Shown one piece after another: positions 9,536 to 19,010 of a stretch of DNA of 64,000 nucleotides (position 1 is its first letter; each line of letters starts with the position of its first letter). This DNA is from Thermodesulfobacteriota bacterium (GTDB taxonomy: Bacteria; Desulfobacterota; Binatia; Bin18): positions 4,544,001 to 4,608,000 of the forward strand of contig OZ219926.1 in the NCBI GenBank assembly GCA_964291405.2. The letters run 5' to 3'. A program made the translations under genes and the position numbers. The notes under the pieces were generated by a model. It saw only the letters and a program-made list of their open reading frames with translations. It had not been told where the DNA came from and searched no databases.

Positions 9536-10681
9536 TTATTCCGCTTCGAGCGCGTCCGACAGGCGCACGAAGGCATTAAAAAAATCTTCTTTGAACTCCT
9601 GGACCACGGCTGCGGCTGACATCTGGCGATTCATCAGTCCGACCCCCTGGCCGACCCAATAGGTGGCCAATTCCTTGGCCCCGACATGACCGCTCTGGGA
9701 GAGCTTGTCCACTCGACCCAGGGCAGGCTCGGTGACCAGGGACTGCAAGGGCATGGGTAGCGGCGTGGGGCTGTCCCCGGCCTCCCAGGCATCCGTCCAC
9801 GGAGACCTGAGTTGGCGCGAATACTTGCCCGTACGGGCTTTTGATCTCACCGTGTCACGGGAGGAGGCGTGCAGCATTTTTTCCTTAACGACTGGATTGG
9901 TTTCAGCCTCGCTCGTCGTCAGCCACACCGAACCCGTCCACACCCCCGCGGCCCCCATGGCCATGCAGGCGGCCATTTGGCGGCCCGTCACAATGCCTCC
10001 CGCGGCTAAAATCGGGATATTGCCATACGGCTGAATCGCTGCATGAATCTCGGGGATCAGCACCATGGTTGAGACATCGCCGCAATGGCCGCCGGCCTCT
10101 CCGCCGGCAGCAATCAACACGTCAACTCCGGCTTGCACCTGGCGGATGGCATGCTTTTTTGCACCAACCAAAGCAGCGACCTGCACCCCGTGCCGTTTGC
10201 CCATCTCCAGCATGATGGTGGGCGGAACCCCCAGCGCATTGGCTACGAGCTTGATCGGATGCGAAAAGGCCACCTCCAGGGTTTCGGCCGCACCGCTGGC
10301 CTGCATATTCTGGCTGGCCCGGAACGTCTCGTCGCGAAAGCTGTACAGCCCCTCCGCCGGGATATCGTGCTGGGCCAGAATCCCGCCCGCGAACTGAAAA
10401 TACTCCTGGGGAATCGCCGCCTCAACCTTGTCCCGATTCAGTCCGCCAACACTCACCTCGGCCATCTTGTTGGGGACGATCAGATCGATACCGTACGGCT
10501 TGCCCTCAATGTGCTCATCAATCCAGCGCAGCTCTTCTTCCAGGCGATCCGGCGGATGGGCGACCGCGCCAAACACTCCCATCCCGCCCGCTTTGGAGAC
10601 CGCCACCACGACATCTCGGCAGTGGGTAAAGGCAATCAGGGGAAACTCAATGTCAAACATCTCGCAAATAGGGGTTTTCAT
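9536..10681 (-). CDS. Nitronate monooxygenase / FabK-like flavoprotein
   Basis: AFTHCRDVV, GGEAGGH, LAAGGIVTGR; start trimmed to MKTPIC. Confidence 0.85.
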   Translation of the reverse strand: MKTPICEMFDIEFPLIAFTHCRDVVVAVSKAGGMGVFGAVAHPPDRLEEELRWIDEHIEGKPYGIDLIVPNKMAEVSVGGLNRDKVEAAIPQEYFQFAGGILAQHDIPAEGLYSFRDETFRASQNMQASGAAETLEVAFSHPIKLVANALGVPPTIMLEMGKRHGVQVAALVGAKKHAIRQVQAGVDVLIAAGGEAGGHCGDVSTMVLIPEIHAAIQPYGNIPILAAGGIVTGRQMAACMAMGAAGVWTGSVWLTTSEAETNPVVKEKMLHASSRDTVRSKARTGKYSRQLRSPWTDAWEAGDSPTPLPMPLQSLVTEPALGRVDKLSQSGHVGAKELATYWVGQGVGLMNRQMSAAAVVQEFKEDFFNAFVRLSDALEAE

Positions 10682-10691
10682 AGGTACGCTC

Positions 10692-11447
10692 CTAGTCAAC
10701 CAAGGCCCTGACTTCAGCCGGACTCGGGCCGTCCGGACGGAGGAGGACGACGGCATCGTCGAACCCGGCTTGTGCAAAACGCTGGAGAATTGCTCTGGCC
10801 CGACCCAGGTCATGATCGGCCGTCAACTGAATGCTGGAAACCATGGCTCTCTGCCCGCCGGCGGCACGATAGCGTCCGAGGGCGTCTATGACCTCGTCGG
10901 CGGTCCGGTAGAAGGCGGAAGCCACCCAGCCGTCAAAGTCTTTTGCGGCCCGCTCCACATTAGCACCCCAGCTACCGAGAATGAGGGGCGGGCCGCCGCT
11001 GACCGTTTTCCACGGCGTCAGGTCCGCGTGTTCATTCTTCTCCTCGGCGAGCAGGCGCTTCAATTGTGCCAGGCTGGTATCGAAGGTCTTGAACCGATCC
11101 GCATAGGAGCGCTCGAAGGCGATGAAGTCGGTTTCCGTAGACCCGACGCCAAGGCCGAGCGTGAGACGATCCCCACAGATTTGCATCAGAGAGAAAATGC
11201 GATGCGCCAGTTCGATCGGCCGGTATAACGGGAGCTGGAGAACCGCTGTCCCCAGTTCGACCTCCTCGGCTGCCGTTGCCGCGGTTGCCAGCGCCGTAAA
11301 CGGGTCTGGGAGCATAAACCCTCTGCCCACCGCCTGAGCCGCCCAGAGACTGTCGAAGCCCTCTCCGGCATAGCGTTTTGCTTGCTCCGCCAGATCGGTT
11401 GGCCGGGGTTGCGACGACAAGAAACCGATGATTGCGCCGAGCCGCAT
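10692..11447 (-). CDS. LLM-class oxidoreductase
   Basis: PDPF...ELGTAVLQLP...LTLGLGVG; start MRLGAI after GGAG. Confidence 0.8.
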   Translation of the reverse strand: MRLGAIIGFLSSQPRPTDLAEQAKRYAGEGFDSLWAAQAVGRGFMLPDPFTALATAATAAEEVELGTAVLQLPLYRPIELAHRIFSLMQICGDRLTLGLGVGSTETDFIAFERSYADRFKTFDTSLAQLKRLLAEEKNEHADLTPWKTVSGGPPLILGSWGANVERAAKDFDGWVASAFYRTADEVIDALGRYRAAGGQRAMVSSIQLTADHDLGRARAILQRFAQAGFDDAVVLLRPDGPSPAEVRALVD

Positions 11448-11460
11448 GTCACTCCCGCCC

Positions 11461-11826
11461 CTATTTCTTTTCCTTTTTCTCCAGGTCACGCAAGAACTGA
11501 ATGTTCAGCTCAAGTCTTTCCCCCAGCCACAAGGCTCGGTGTGAGTGGTCGGCGATATCATCGTCGGTCCGTGGGTGAATAAGGACGTTGAGACCGGAAT
11601 GGTTCAGCATCAACCAGGGCACGAGGGCCTCAAACTGGTCCGGCTGGAAGGCGACCTGATACATGGATTGCGGGTGCGGGCCCACGGGCTTGTCGCGCCA
11701 GCGGCCCATTTCGACCTCGAATCCATTGCTGATGGCTTCACGTATGTCTGCGGCAGTCGCGCGGGTGGACTCATCATAATACACATGCGCGTGGAACCCT
11801 CTGATTTCGCTCTTGTCCTGCTGCAT
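11461..11826 (-). CDS. DOPA 4,5-dioxygenase family protein
   Basis: FHAHVYY, VGPHP, VLIHP...DH...ALWLG. Confidence 0.9.
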   Translation of the reverse strand: MQQDKSEIRGFHAHVYYDESTRATAADIREAISNGFEVEMGRWRDKPVGPHPQSMYQVAFQPDQFEALVPWLMLNHSGLNVLIHPRTDDDIADHSHRALWLGERLELNIQFLRDLEKKEKK

Positions 11827-11851
11827 AGGGCCTCCCTTGGCTGGAATGGTG

Positions 11852-12469
11852 TTATCGAACGCCGCGCGTATTATCGCCGGCTGGCTCTCCGGGCTGCGGC
11901 TGCCAGTCAAAACCGATCTGGCGCCACAGGTCACGATAATCGTAATCGGTCTTGAGCGCCAGGTTGAGACGGTTGTACGAGGCAAAATCGCTAACGAGAT
12001 GGATCAACTGTACCACACCGGCATCGGTCAGGCCGATCTCGCGCAGGTGGGCAATGTCCGTATCCGTGACATCCTGCGGGCTGAGGTTCACCTTCAGGGC
12101 AAACTCCACAATGGTTTTCAGGCGGGGGTCAGCAATCGCCGCCGTCCCCTCAGCCAGAAACTGCCTGGTGTAGGCTTCGTCGGTCCGCAGGCCGTAGTTC
12201 AAAATCGTACAAAAGGCCGCCGTGCAGTAGGGACAGCCGTTGGCCTTGGAAACGGCAATGCCGACGTGCTGAATTTCCGCCATGGAGAGCTCGCCCATTT
12301 GCCACAGGACCTTGGTTGTGCCGAGCTTGGCCTTGAGCAATTCCGGGCAGTTCAGTTCAACATAGAAGTGATTGGGCACCGCGCCTTCCATGTCGGTGAC
12401 CCAACTGAAAATTTCCCTAATGATCGGATCGTCAATACGTTCTGGTTTGTTGATTGCCACACGGGCCAT
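11852..12469 (-). CDS. AhpD/carboxymuconolactone decarboxylase-like protein
   Basis: VSKANGCPYC (CxxC) motif. Confidence 0.75.
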   Translation of the reverse strand: MARVAINKPERIDDPIIREIFSWVTDMEGAVPNHFYVELNCPELLKAKLGTTKVLWQMGELSMAEIQHVGIAVSKANGCPYCTAAFCTILNYGLRTDEAYTRQFLAEGTAAIADPRLKTIVEFALKVNLSPQDVTDTDIAHLREIGLTDAGVVQLIHLVSDFASYNRLNLALKTDYDYRDLWRQIGFDWQPQPGEPAGDNTRGVR

Positions 12470-12599
12470 ACGTCACCACCTGTTGATTGTTGACTGGGGC
12501 GCTGAGCTTCGCCCTGATTTTTAATATCCCGCTATCCACCGAGATGCAAAGTCGGTGGCTTCTGCGAGTCAAAAGAAAGCTACTCAACCGTCGTGGCGG

Positions 12600-15500
12600 T
12601 CAGGCCGCAGCGACGGTTTCGTAATACGGCGAGGGGAGGGTGGGGTAGACCTGGGATATGTGGCGAAAGATGTCCTCGGTCTTTATTTTTACATCGTCTT
12701 CGCTGTAGCTGCTCTCTGGCAGGCCGGTCTCACTGTTATAGAGAAAGTCATAGATAAACACCCGCACCGCGTCTCGGGTAGCTTCTTTGTCCTGCCACTG
12801 ATCGATTCGTAATTTTTCGGCCTTCAGTTTTTCCAGCAGATCGTGCGCTACCACCTTGATCTGCTTGATCTCGGCTGGGCTGAGCGTTGGTTTTTTCAGC
12901 AGATCAAAGATAGCCAGTGATTCTTTGTCCAGTTCCTCACGAATCCACCGCTTCTCTTCTTCATCCAACTCCTGCACCAGCCTGAGCAGCGCCTCAAAGG
13001 TTTGCTCAATCGTCACACGGTCCTTCTCCCGGTTGTATTGGGCAACGATCTCTTCGTAGTGGCGCTGAAAATCGGTCCGCAACGGGTTCTGTTGCAATAA
13101 CCGCCGCAGCCGGCTTTCTACACTGTGGCGCAGGTTCTGGACAACGCTGTTCCTGGTCGGGCTGCGCTCAAACTCGTGTTTCAACCGCTCGAAATCAATC
13201 CGGCTGATGTCATAGGGCTCTTGCTTGTCTTTCATAGCGTCAGGCCAAACCTCAATGGCCTCGTCCACCACTTGGTGCAGGGTGCGGATGATGGCACTGA
13301 TATCAGCCCGCTCGCGATCCCGTTGCAGACTCTTGTAGATAATGTTGATGGTATCGCGTTCACGACGGTAGACATTCACGCCCGACACATTCAGGCAGGC
13401 CCGAAACTTCTTGAACACCTCGCGGCATAGCACCTCGAAGCGCTTGCGGGCCTCGTCGTTCTCATTCGCCGCCTCCTTGCAGGCCATAATGGCGGCGTTA
13501 CGCTCGAAGCCGGACAGTTCGATCACGTCGTCCAGCGGTGCGCCACGCTCGCCGAGAAAGGTCCGTACCAGGGCAATCGCCTCGGCCAGGTCAGCCAGCA
13601 ACTCTTCATTGGGTTTGGCCGGGTCGATTTCTCCACCACCGTCCGTCCGGGTGCCGGCGAAGGTCGCCAATGCCTTGCGCAGGTGGGTCAGGATGCCGCA
13701 GTAGTCTACGATCAGACCGTTGTTTTTTCCTTCGTTGACCCGGTTGGCGCGGGCAATGGCCTGCATCAGCGTGTGGGCCTTGAGCGGTTTGTCGAGATAC
13801 AGCGTGGACAGGCTCGGTACGTCGAAACCGGTCAACCACATGGCGCACACAATGGCGATGCGGAAGGGATGTTCTTCTTCTTTGAAGGCTTCGTCCAGCG
13901 CCATGCGCTGCATATTGCGAAAGCGTGGCTGGCCGCGCATGGATTCGGGCAGTTCCATACCGTCCTTGATGAGGCGGCGGTGCGGGGTGATGTCCAGCTC
14001 CCATTTGCGGAACTTCTCCACCTCGCCCTGCTCCTCGCTCACCACGACCGCCGCGCGGGTCTCACCCATCCAGTTGATGTGCCGCGTCAGATGGCTCTTC
14101 TCCTGCTCGTCGGTAGCCGCCGACTTCTCCGCAGCCAATTCCCTGATGCGCTCCTGCCAGTAGAACTCGATCAGCCGGTGCATCCGTACGCAGGTGATTT
14201 TATCAATACATACCAGCATGGCCTTGCCCGTCTCCCAGGCCGTTGAGTAGTGACGCACGAAATCTCGTGCCACCTGGTCGAGGCGCTTGTCTGCGGTGAT
14301 GATGTGATAGTCGCGCTTCAGTTCCCGTTCCAGCCGCTGCTCTGTGTCGATGCCGTCGATTTCCAGTTCATCCAGCTTGTCGGCAATCCGCTCGTTCAGG
14401 TCGCCGATGGCCACGCCCAGGTTGTCGCCTCGGGCGTCGTAATAGAGCGGCACGGTAGCCTTATCCTCCACTGCCCGCTGAAAATCGTAGGTTGAGACGT
14501 AGTCGCCAAAGACCTGCCGTGTGATTTCGTCATCCTTGAACAGTGGCGTGCCGGTGAAGCCGATATAGCTGGCGTTCGGCAGGGCATTCCGCAGGTTGAG
14601 CGCCAGTGTGCCGTACTGGGTGCGGTGGGCCTCGTCCGTGATAACGATGACATCGTCGCGCGCGGTATAACTCTCGCCCTGACCTACGTCCCGGTTGAAC
14701 TTCTGGATCAGCGAGAAGACGTATGCCTTATGCTGGGCCAACAAGTGGCGCAGGTCCTCGCCGCTGGCGGCCCGGCAGGGGTCTTTGTCGTGATCCACCA
14801 CCCCGCAGCCGGCAAAGGTCTTGTAAATCTGGGTGTCGAGATCGTCACGGTCGGTCAACACCAGAAAGGTGAAGTTGCCGCTGAGTTTACGGTGTACCTT
14901 GCGGGCGAACATCACCATTGAGTAGCTTTTGCCGGCCCCCTGGGTATGCCAGAAGACACCCAGTCTGCGCTGGCGGCCCTCTCGTTCACGCACCGCCTCA
15001 ATAGCCCGGTTGACACCCAGGAACTGGTGATTGCGGGCCAGGATTTTCTTGAGCTCGCCCGAGGACTCGTCAAAGAGAATGAAATTCTCCACCAGGTCCA
15101 TGAAGTTCCGCTTGTCACAGACGCCCTTGAGCAGCGTCTCCATGTCCACCACGCCGGGGTCCGCCTCGTCGAGCCGCTTCCACTCGTGGAAGTGCTCCCA
15201 CTTGCTGGTGATGGAACCGAGCTTGGCCTTCTCACCGTTGCCGAATAGGACAATGGCGTTATGGTGGAACAGGTGCGGAATGGTGTCCCGGTAGTCGGAA
15301 TAGTTTTGCTCAAAGGCGGTCTGAAGGTTGCGGTGGATGTTCTTGCACTCGATAAACAGCAGCGGCAGTCCGTTGACAAAGCCGACAATATCGGCCCGGC
15401 GGTGATACAGGTCGCCCCGCACCCACAGCTCACGCACGCACAGAAAGTGATTGTTCTCCGGCTCGTCAAAGTCGAACACCCGCAGGCGTTCCCGCACCAG

Positions 15501-15842
15501 TTCGTCTTTGTCGTTGCGAAAGGAGACCTGCACGCCGTCACGGATAAGGGCGTATTGATCGCGGTTGGCGGCGACCAGGGTTTGTGAGGCCACAGGAGTG
15601 GTGAGCTGGCGCACGGCCTCGGCATAGGCGGCCTCGGGCAGACCCGGATTCAGGGCGCTCAGCCGCTCGCGGAGCGTGCGGGTCAGCACCACCTCGCGGT
15701 CGGAGCTACGACCCAGCAGGCTGTCCGGTCCGAAGTCCTCGTTGTTATAGGCATAGACCGACTCCCAGCCGAGCTGGTGTTCCAGATAATCCGCAGTCGT
15801 CTGCTGAACGAGCGTGTCTTCGGTGTAGGCTGTCGATGTCAT
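12600..15842 (-). CDS. hsdR: Type I restriction enzyme subunit R
   Basis: ADIVGFVNGLPLLFIECK nuclease motif; WHTQGAGKS Walker A; DEAHR; FTGTP; MQAIARANR. Confidence 0.97.
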   Translation of the reverse strand: MTSTAYTEDTLVQQTTADYLEHQLGWESVYAYNNEDFGPDSLLGRSSDREVVLTRTLRERLSALNPGLPEAAYAEAVRQLTTPVASQTLVAANRDQYALIRDGVQVSFRNDKDELVRERLRVFDFDEPENNHFLCVRELWVRGDLYHRRADIVGFVNGLPLLFIECKNIHRNLQTAFEQNYSDYRDTIPHLFHHNAIVLFGNGEKAKLGSITSKWEHFHEWKRLDEADPGVVDMETLLKGVCDKRNFMDLVENFILFDESSGELKKILARNHQFLGVNRAIEAVREREGRQRRLGVFWHTQGAGKSYSMVMFARKVHRKLSGNFTFLVLTDRDDLDTQIYKTFAGCGVVDHDKDPCRAASGEDLRHLLAQHKAYVFSLIQKFNRDVGQGESYTARDDVIVITDEAHRTQYGTLALNLRNALPNASYIGFTGTPLFKDDEITRQVFGDYVSTYDFQRAVEDKATVPLYYDARGDNLGVAIGDLNERIADKLDELEIDGIDTEQRLERELKRDYHIITADKRLDQVARDFVRHYSTAWETGKAMLVCIDKITCVRMHRLIEFYWQERIRELAAEKSAATDEQEKSHLTRHINWMGETRAAVVVSEEQGEVEKFRKWELDITPHRRLIKDGMELPESMRGQPRFRNMQRMALDEAFKEEEHPFRIAIVCAMWLTGFDVPSLSTLYLDKPLKAHTLMQAIARANRVNEGKNNGLIVDYCGILTHLRKALATFAGTRTDGGGEIDPAKPNEELLADLAEAIALVRTFLGERGAPLDDVIELSGFERNAAIMACKEAANENDEARKRFEVLCREVFKKFRACLNVSGVNVYRRERDTINIIYKSLQRDRERADISAIIRTLHQVVDEAIEVWPDAMKDKQEPYDISRIDFERLKHEFERSPTRNSVVQNLRHSVESRLRRLLQQNPLRTDFQRHYEEIVAQYNREKDRVTIEQTFEALLRLVQELDEEEKRWIREELDKESLAIFDLLKKPTLSPAEIKQIKVVAHDLLEKLKAEKLRIDQWQDKEATRDAVRVFIYDFLYNSETGLPESSYSEDDVKIKTEDIFRHISQVYPTLPSPYYETVAAA

Positions 15843-15848
15843 CGCCGC

Positions 15849-16229
15849 TTATGCCGTCAGCGTACGGACGCCGTAGAGCGGGATGCGGGCGTCCCTGGTG
15901 ACGAGAATCAGTCCTTCGGCTTGGGCCTGGGCGACCAGCATCCGGTCGAACGGGTCGCCGTGGTGCGGCGAAAGGGCGCCGGCCTGCTCTGCGTGATGAA
16001 AGGTAAGAGATAGCGGTGTAAAGCCCTGCTCTTTGATACTCGCTTCCAGGTTATCCGGGGCCTGAAGCTTCCCCAGCGCACGCTTGACGGCGATCTCCCA
16101 GACGCTAACCGGACTGACGAAGACGTCGTTTTGTGCGTCCTCTAAGGCCGTACGAGCGAGCGTGCTCAACTTCCGGGGTTCGGTGAGCGTCCATAAGAGG
16201 GCATGGGTATCCAGCAGGAAACGCTCCAT
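15849..16229 (-). CDS. vapC: PIN-domain toxin
   Basis: LLDTHALLW, SVWEI, HHGDPFDRMLVAQA. Confidence 0.92.
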   Translation of the reverse strand: MERFLLDTHALLWTLTEPRKLSTLARTALEDAQNDVFVSPVSVWEIAVKRALGKLQAPDNLEASIKEQGFTPLSLTFHHAEQAGALSPHHGDPFDRMLVAQAQAEGLILVTRDARIPLYGVRTLTA

Positions 16230-16483
16230 TATTCGTCTTCATCCGGGAATATCTTTGAGTTGTAGAACGCGTCGATAAACTCCTGGGGCGTCTCGTCAAA
16301 GTCCGGGGCAATCCAGATTTGTCCCTTCAGTGCCCCGAGTTTCCGCTTGGTCTTCGGCTTGCGATACGGCTCCAGCCGCAGATAGGGTTCGCCAGCCTTG
16401 GCGATGACGATTTCCTCTCCCTCCCAGGCCAATTTGCCCAGCTTCGAGAGCTGCGACTTTGCCTCGTGCATATTCACTTTCAT
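16229..16483 (-). CDS. Phd/YefM-family antitoxin
   Basis: VNMHEAKSQLSKL...GEEIVIAKAGEP; 1-nt overlap with vapC. Confidence 0.9.
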   Translation of the reverse strand: MKVNMHEAKSQLSKLGKLAWEGEEIVIAKAGEPYLRLEPYRKPKTKRKLGALKGQIWIAPDFDETPQEFIDAFYNSKIFPDEDE

Positions 16484-16512
16484 AAGACTCTCCAGATAGC
16501 TAAGTTAGGCTA

Positions 16513-16541
16513 AGTCTACAAGAATGCCCTAGCTCCGTCAA
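16513..16541 (-). promoter_or_regulatory. Sigma70-type promoter for phd-vapC(-hsdR)
   Basis: Minus strand TTGACG-17 nt-TAGACT, followed by tandem ACTTAGC operator-like repeats and a GGAG RBS. Confidence 0.6.
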
Positions 16542-16615
16542 TGTGAGAAGCGAGTCGTTTGGGTATCTTCAGCACGTCAGTGATCGATCCAGACCGCAAT
16601 ATCGACAAGGATCAT
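16540..16615 (-). pseudogene. vapC (PIN) N-terminal remnant
   Basis: Manual translation MILVDIAVWIDH*RAED resembles the PIN N-terminus MILVDTSVWIDHLR, with an in-frame stop. Confidence 0.6.
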
Positions 16616-16636
16616 GTGGGGCGTTGAAGGAGACTC

Positions 16637-16867
16637 CTAACTTGTAGGGTACTTGCAGGGTAGCTTGTGGGGTACTTGGTCCCGACTTAGTCCCGACTTG
16701 GTCCCGACAATCTCGCCCTTGTCCGTGACCCCAAGCAGGATGACACCCCCGGAGGCATTGGCAAAGGCGCACATCTCTCGTCCAAGATCAGATGGCATGG
16801 AACGTTTGAACTCAGACGTGAATCCTTCGCCTTGGGCAATCAGGGTATGAAGCTCTTGCGCGTTCAT
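16637..16867 (-). pseudogene. Truncated AlbA_2/Schlafen-domain gene
   Basis: LIAQGEGFTSEFK...CAFANASGGVILLGVTDKGEIVG runs directly into 11-bp tandem repeats; the rest of the protein is missing. Confidence 0.8.
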
Positions 16868-16986
16868 GTCGGCTTGGTCCGCTGTTCGCGGAGGGTATTC
16901 AGTCCTTCATCTTATTGACGAATCACCCGGACAGCATACCATACATCAAGGGCGAAGATGATAATCTCTTAAAGAGGGAGCGCATA

Positions 16987-17232
16987 ATGTCAGAGGAATA
17001 TCAGTTGCATCTCCAGATCAAGCGGCTGGAGACCGGGGAATATCTGGCAACAGCAGAGGATTTCCCCGGTCTGGTGGCTCAGGGGAGGACCGTAGCCGAG
17101 GCAGTGGAAATTGCTCAGGACGTGACGAGAAAGCTCATCGAGTCCTATCGGGAACATGGCGACCCACTGCCGAAGGGCCTGCGCCCCATGAATAGGACGG
17201 TCGTTGAGTTAGATGTCCCTATTGGTGCCTGA
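16987..17232 (+). CDS. hicB: HicB-family antitoxin
   Basis: YLATAEDFPGLVAQGRTVAEAVEIAQD...GDPLP. Confidence 0.88.
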   Translation: MSEEYQLHLQIKRLETGEYLATAEDFPGLVAQGRTVAEAVEIAQDVTRKLIESYREHGDPLPKGLRPMNRTVVELDVPIGA

Positions 17233-17411
17233 TGGGGCATTTGGCAGGTTTCACTTATCGACAAGTGACTCGTAGGCTACGTCGGTTAGGGTTCGCCTTT
17301 AGCCGTCGTCGCACAACTATTCCCAATCATCCTGGGGATTTACCCGAAGGGACTTTGGCGGCGATTCTGCAACAGGCTGGTGTGTCCGTAGAAGAATTTC
17401 TTGCGGCGTAA
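17232..17411 (+). pseudogene. hicA: HicA-family toxin with internal in-frame deletion (59 aa, absent from the ORF track)
   Basis: TGATG coupling to hicB; MGHLAGFTYRQVTRRLRRLGFAFSRRRTTIPNHPGDLPEGTLAAILQQAG lacks the GSH segment. Confidence 0.75.
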
Positions 17412-17649
17412 AATTTGCCGGATAGGGCGGCTCAAACTCCTCGTCATCCTGCGGGATGGCGAGCAGCAGGTCCGTAAATGTTGGTGCTTTCGCCTTCTCC
17501 AGACGACACAGGCGTTCATACTCTTCGACCGAGAGTACCACGACTGCGGGTTTACCACGCCGCGTCACCCGCTGGGGTTCTCCCGCGACTGCGGCATCGA
17601 CAACGGCGCTGAGTTTGTTTCTTGCATCCTGTAGCGGCCACTCGTTCAT
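17317..17649 (-). pseudogene. Orphan Phd-family antitoxin, 3' end overwritten by convergent hicA
   Basis: WPLQDARNKLSAVV...PQRVTRRGKPAVVVLSVEEY; no cognate toxin downstream. Confidence 0.7.
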
Positions 17650-17671
17650 AAGCATTCTCCGTCCATTGGCC

Positions 17672-17904
17672 TTAGGGCAATTCACGATTCTGTGTAGCCG
17701 TCCGTCATTCCCGCGAAAGAACGTCACCCCGTACTTGATACGGGGCGGGAATCCAGACCCGCCCCCACTCCCCGTTCGTCCTGAGCGTAGCAAAGCGAAG
17801 TCGAAGGACTGGATGCCGGATCATAGCCTGCCCCGGACATGATCCGGGGTCCGGCATGACGGGAGTGGAACGGTACGGCTACAATATATCGTAAACCGCT
17901 CTAG
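17672..17904. mobile_element. MITE-like element containing nested palindromic repeats
   Basis: Imperfect 30-bp terminal inverted repeats (21/30 by manual alignment) starting (T/C)TAG; several internal hairpins; non-coding. Confidence 0.6.
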
Positions 17905-18741
17905 GGTCAGGACTCAGAACCAATAGAGGACAATGGCGGCGAGGGTGACGGTGGCGCGGTAGTTCTGCGCGAGCTTGTCGTAGCGAGTGGCGCCGCGCCG
18001 CCAGTCCTTGAGGCGGCAGAACGTGCGTTCAATGACATTCCGTTCCTGGTAGGCCACGGGATCGAAGGGATGTTTGTGCTTGCGGGTTGGGTTGTTGGGG
18101 ATGACGGGTTGACAGCCCCGGCGCCCCCACCAGGCGCGCAACGCATCGCTATCGTAGGCCGTATCGGCCAGGCAGCGCCACGGGGTCATCTCCGCCACTA
18201 GGTCAGCCCCGACCAGGATGTCGCCACGATGGCCCGGCCGGACGAGCAGTCGCCGGGGGCGGCCCGCCCCATCGACCGAGGCGTGGAGTTTGGTGGTGCG
18301 GCCCCCACGCGACCGTCCAATCGCCTGCTGCACCGCCCCCCTTTGCCCCCGGCCGCTGACCGATGGGCCTTGACGGGCGTCGAATCCAGCATCAGCACCA
18401 TGGGCGGCCCGCCCGCCGCCGCCAACTCCGTCAACACCTGTTCCCACACACCTTTCCGCGCCCAGCGCACGAATCGATTATACGCCGTCTTATACGGGCC
18501 ATAGGCCGCTGGCGCATCGCGCCACCGACACCCGCTCTGCAACACATGGAGGATCCCCGAGATCACCCGCCGGTCATCCACCCGCGGCACCCCCCGGACC
18601 TTGTTTGGCAATAGCGGCTGGAGCCGCGCGAATTGTTCCTCGGATAACCAGTAAGGTGTGGCCATGGCTCTGCCCTCCTGACGGGACCGCATCCCAGCAC
18701 ACGCAGCGGACCACGACTACCCCCCGTTATGAGTCCAGACC
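17905..18741 (-). mobile_element. IS5-family insertion sequence (IS427-group-like), ~840 bp
   Basis: IRs GGTCAGGACTCA / TGAGTCCAGACC (11/12), flanked both sides by CTAG (17901-4, 18742-5); two-frame DDE transposase. Confidence 0.9.
17914..18665 (-). CDS. IS5-family transposase, two ORFs joined by probable -1 frameshift
   Basis: ORF1 WLSEEQF...RVDDRRVISGI...YNRFVRWA...LDST; ORF2 IGRSRGGRTTKLH...ADTAYD...RNVIERTFCRLK; AAAGGGGGG at the junction (18336-18344). Confidence 0.85.
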
Positions 18742-18794
18742 CTAGTCGAGCCACCACGTGTTCCCTTTTACCTTTCCTCTGAGCGTAATTCGAT

Positions 18795-18977
18795 CTAGGG
18801 TAATCGTCGTCCCAAATCCTGATATAGCTCAATAACCGCGGCCAGTGCGTCTTTGACGTTGCCCAATGCTTCGGACAGAGAGTCCCCTTTTGTGACCAAC
18901 TCCGGCAACAGGGGGGGAAGTGACCGTGTATCCGCCCTCGGGTTGAGGCGTCAGGAGAAGGAGACTTTGTAGTTCAT
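18795..18977 (-). pseudogene. HicB-family antitoxin pseudogene
   Basis: Reconstructs to MNYKV.LLLTPQPEGGYTVTSPLLPELVTKGDSLSEALGNVKDALAAVIELY with two frameshifts (one in a C7 run). Confidence 0.75.
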
Positions 18978-19010
18978 ACAAACATCTATTTCAGCAAACA
19001 AACTCCATTG

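Noticed and set aside
17650-17842. ORF extensions through the palindromic element
   Set aside because: Translations of repeat DNA (e.g. FPPRIKYGVTFFRGND), not protein-like.
18746-18794. Possible hicA fragment (QRKGKREHVV) next to the IS
   Set aside because: Too short and divergent to support.
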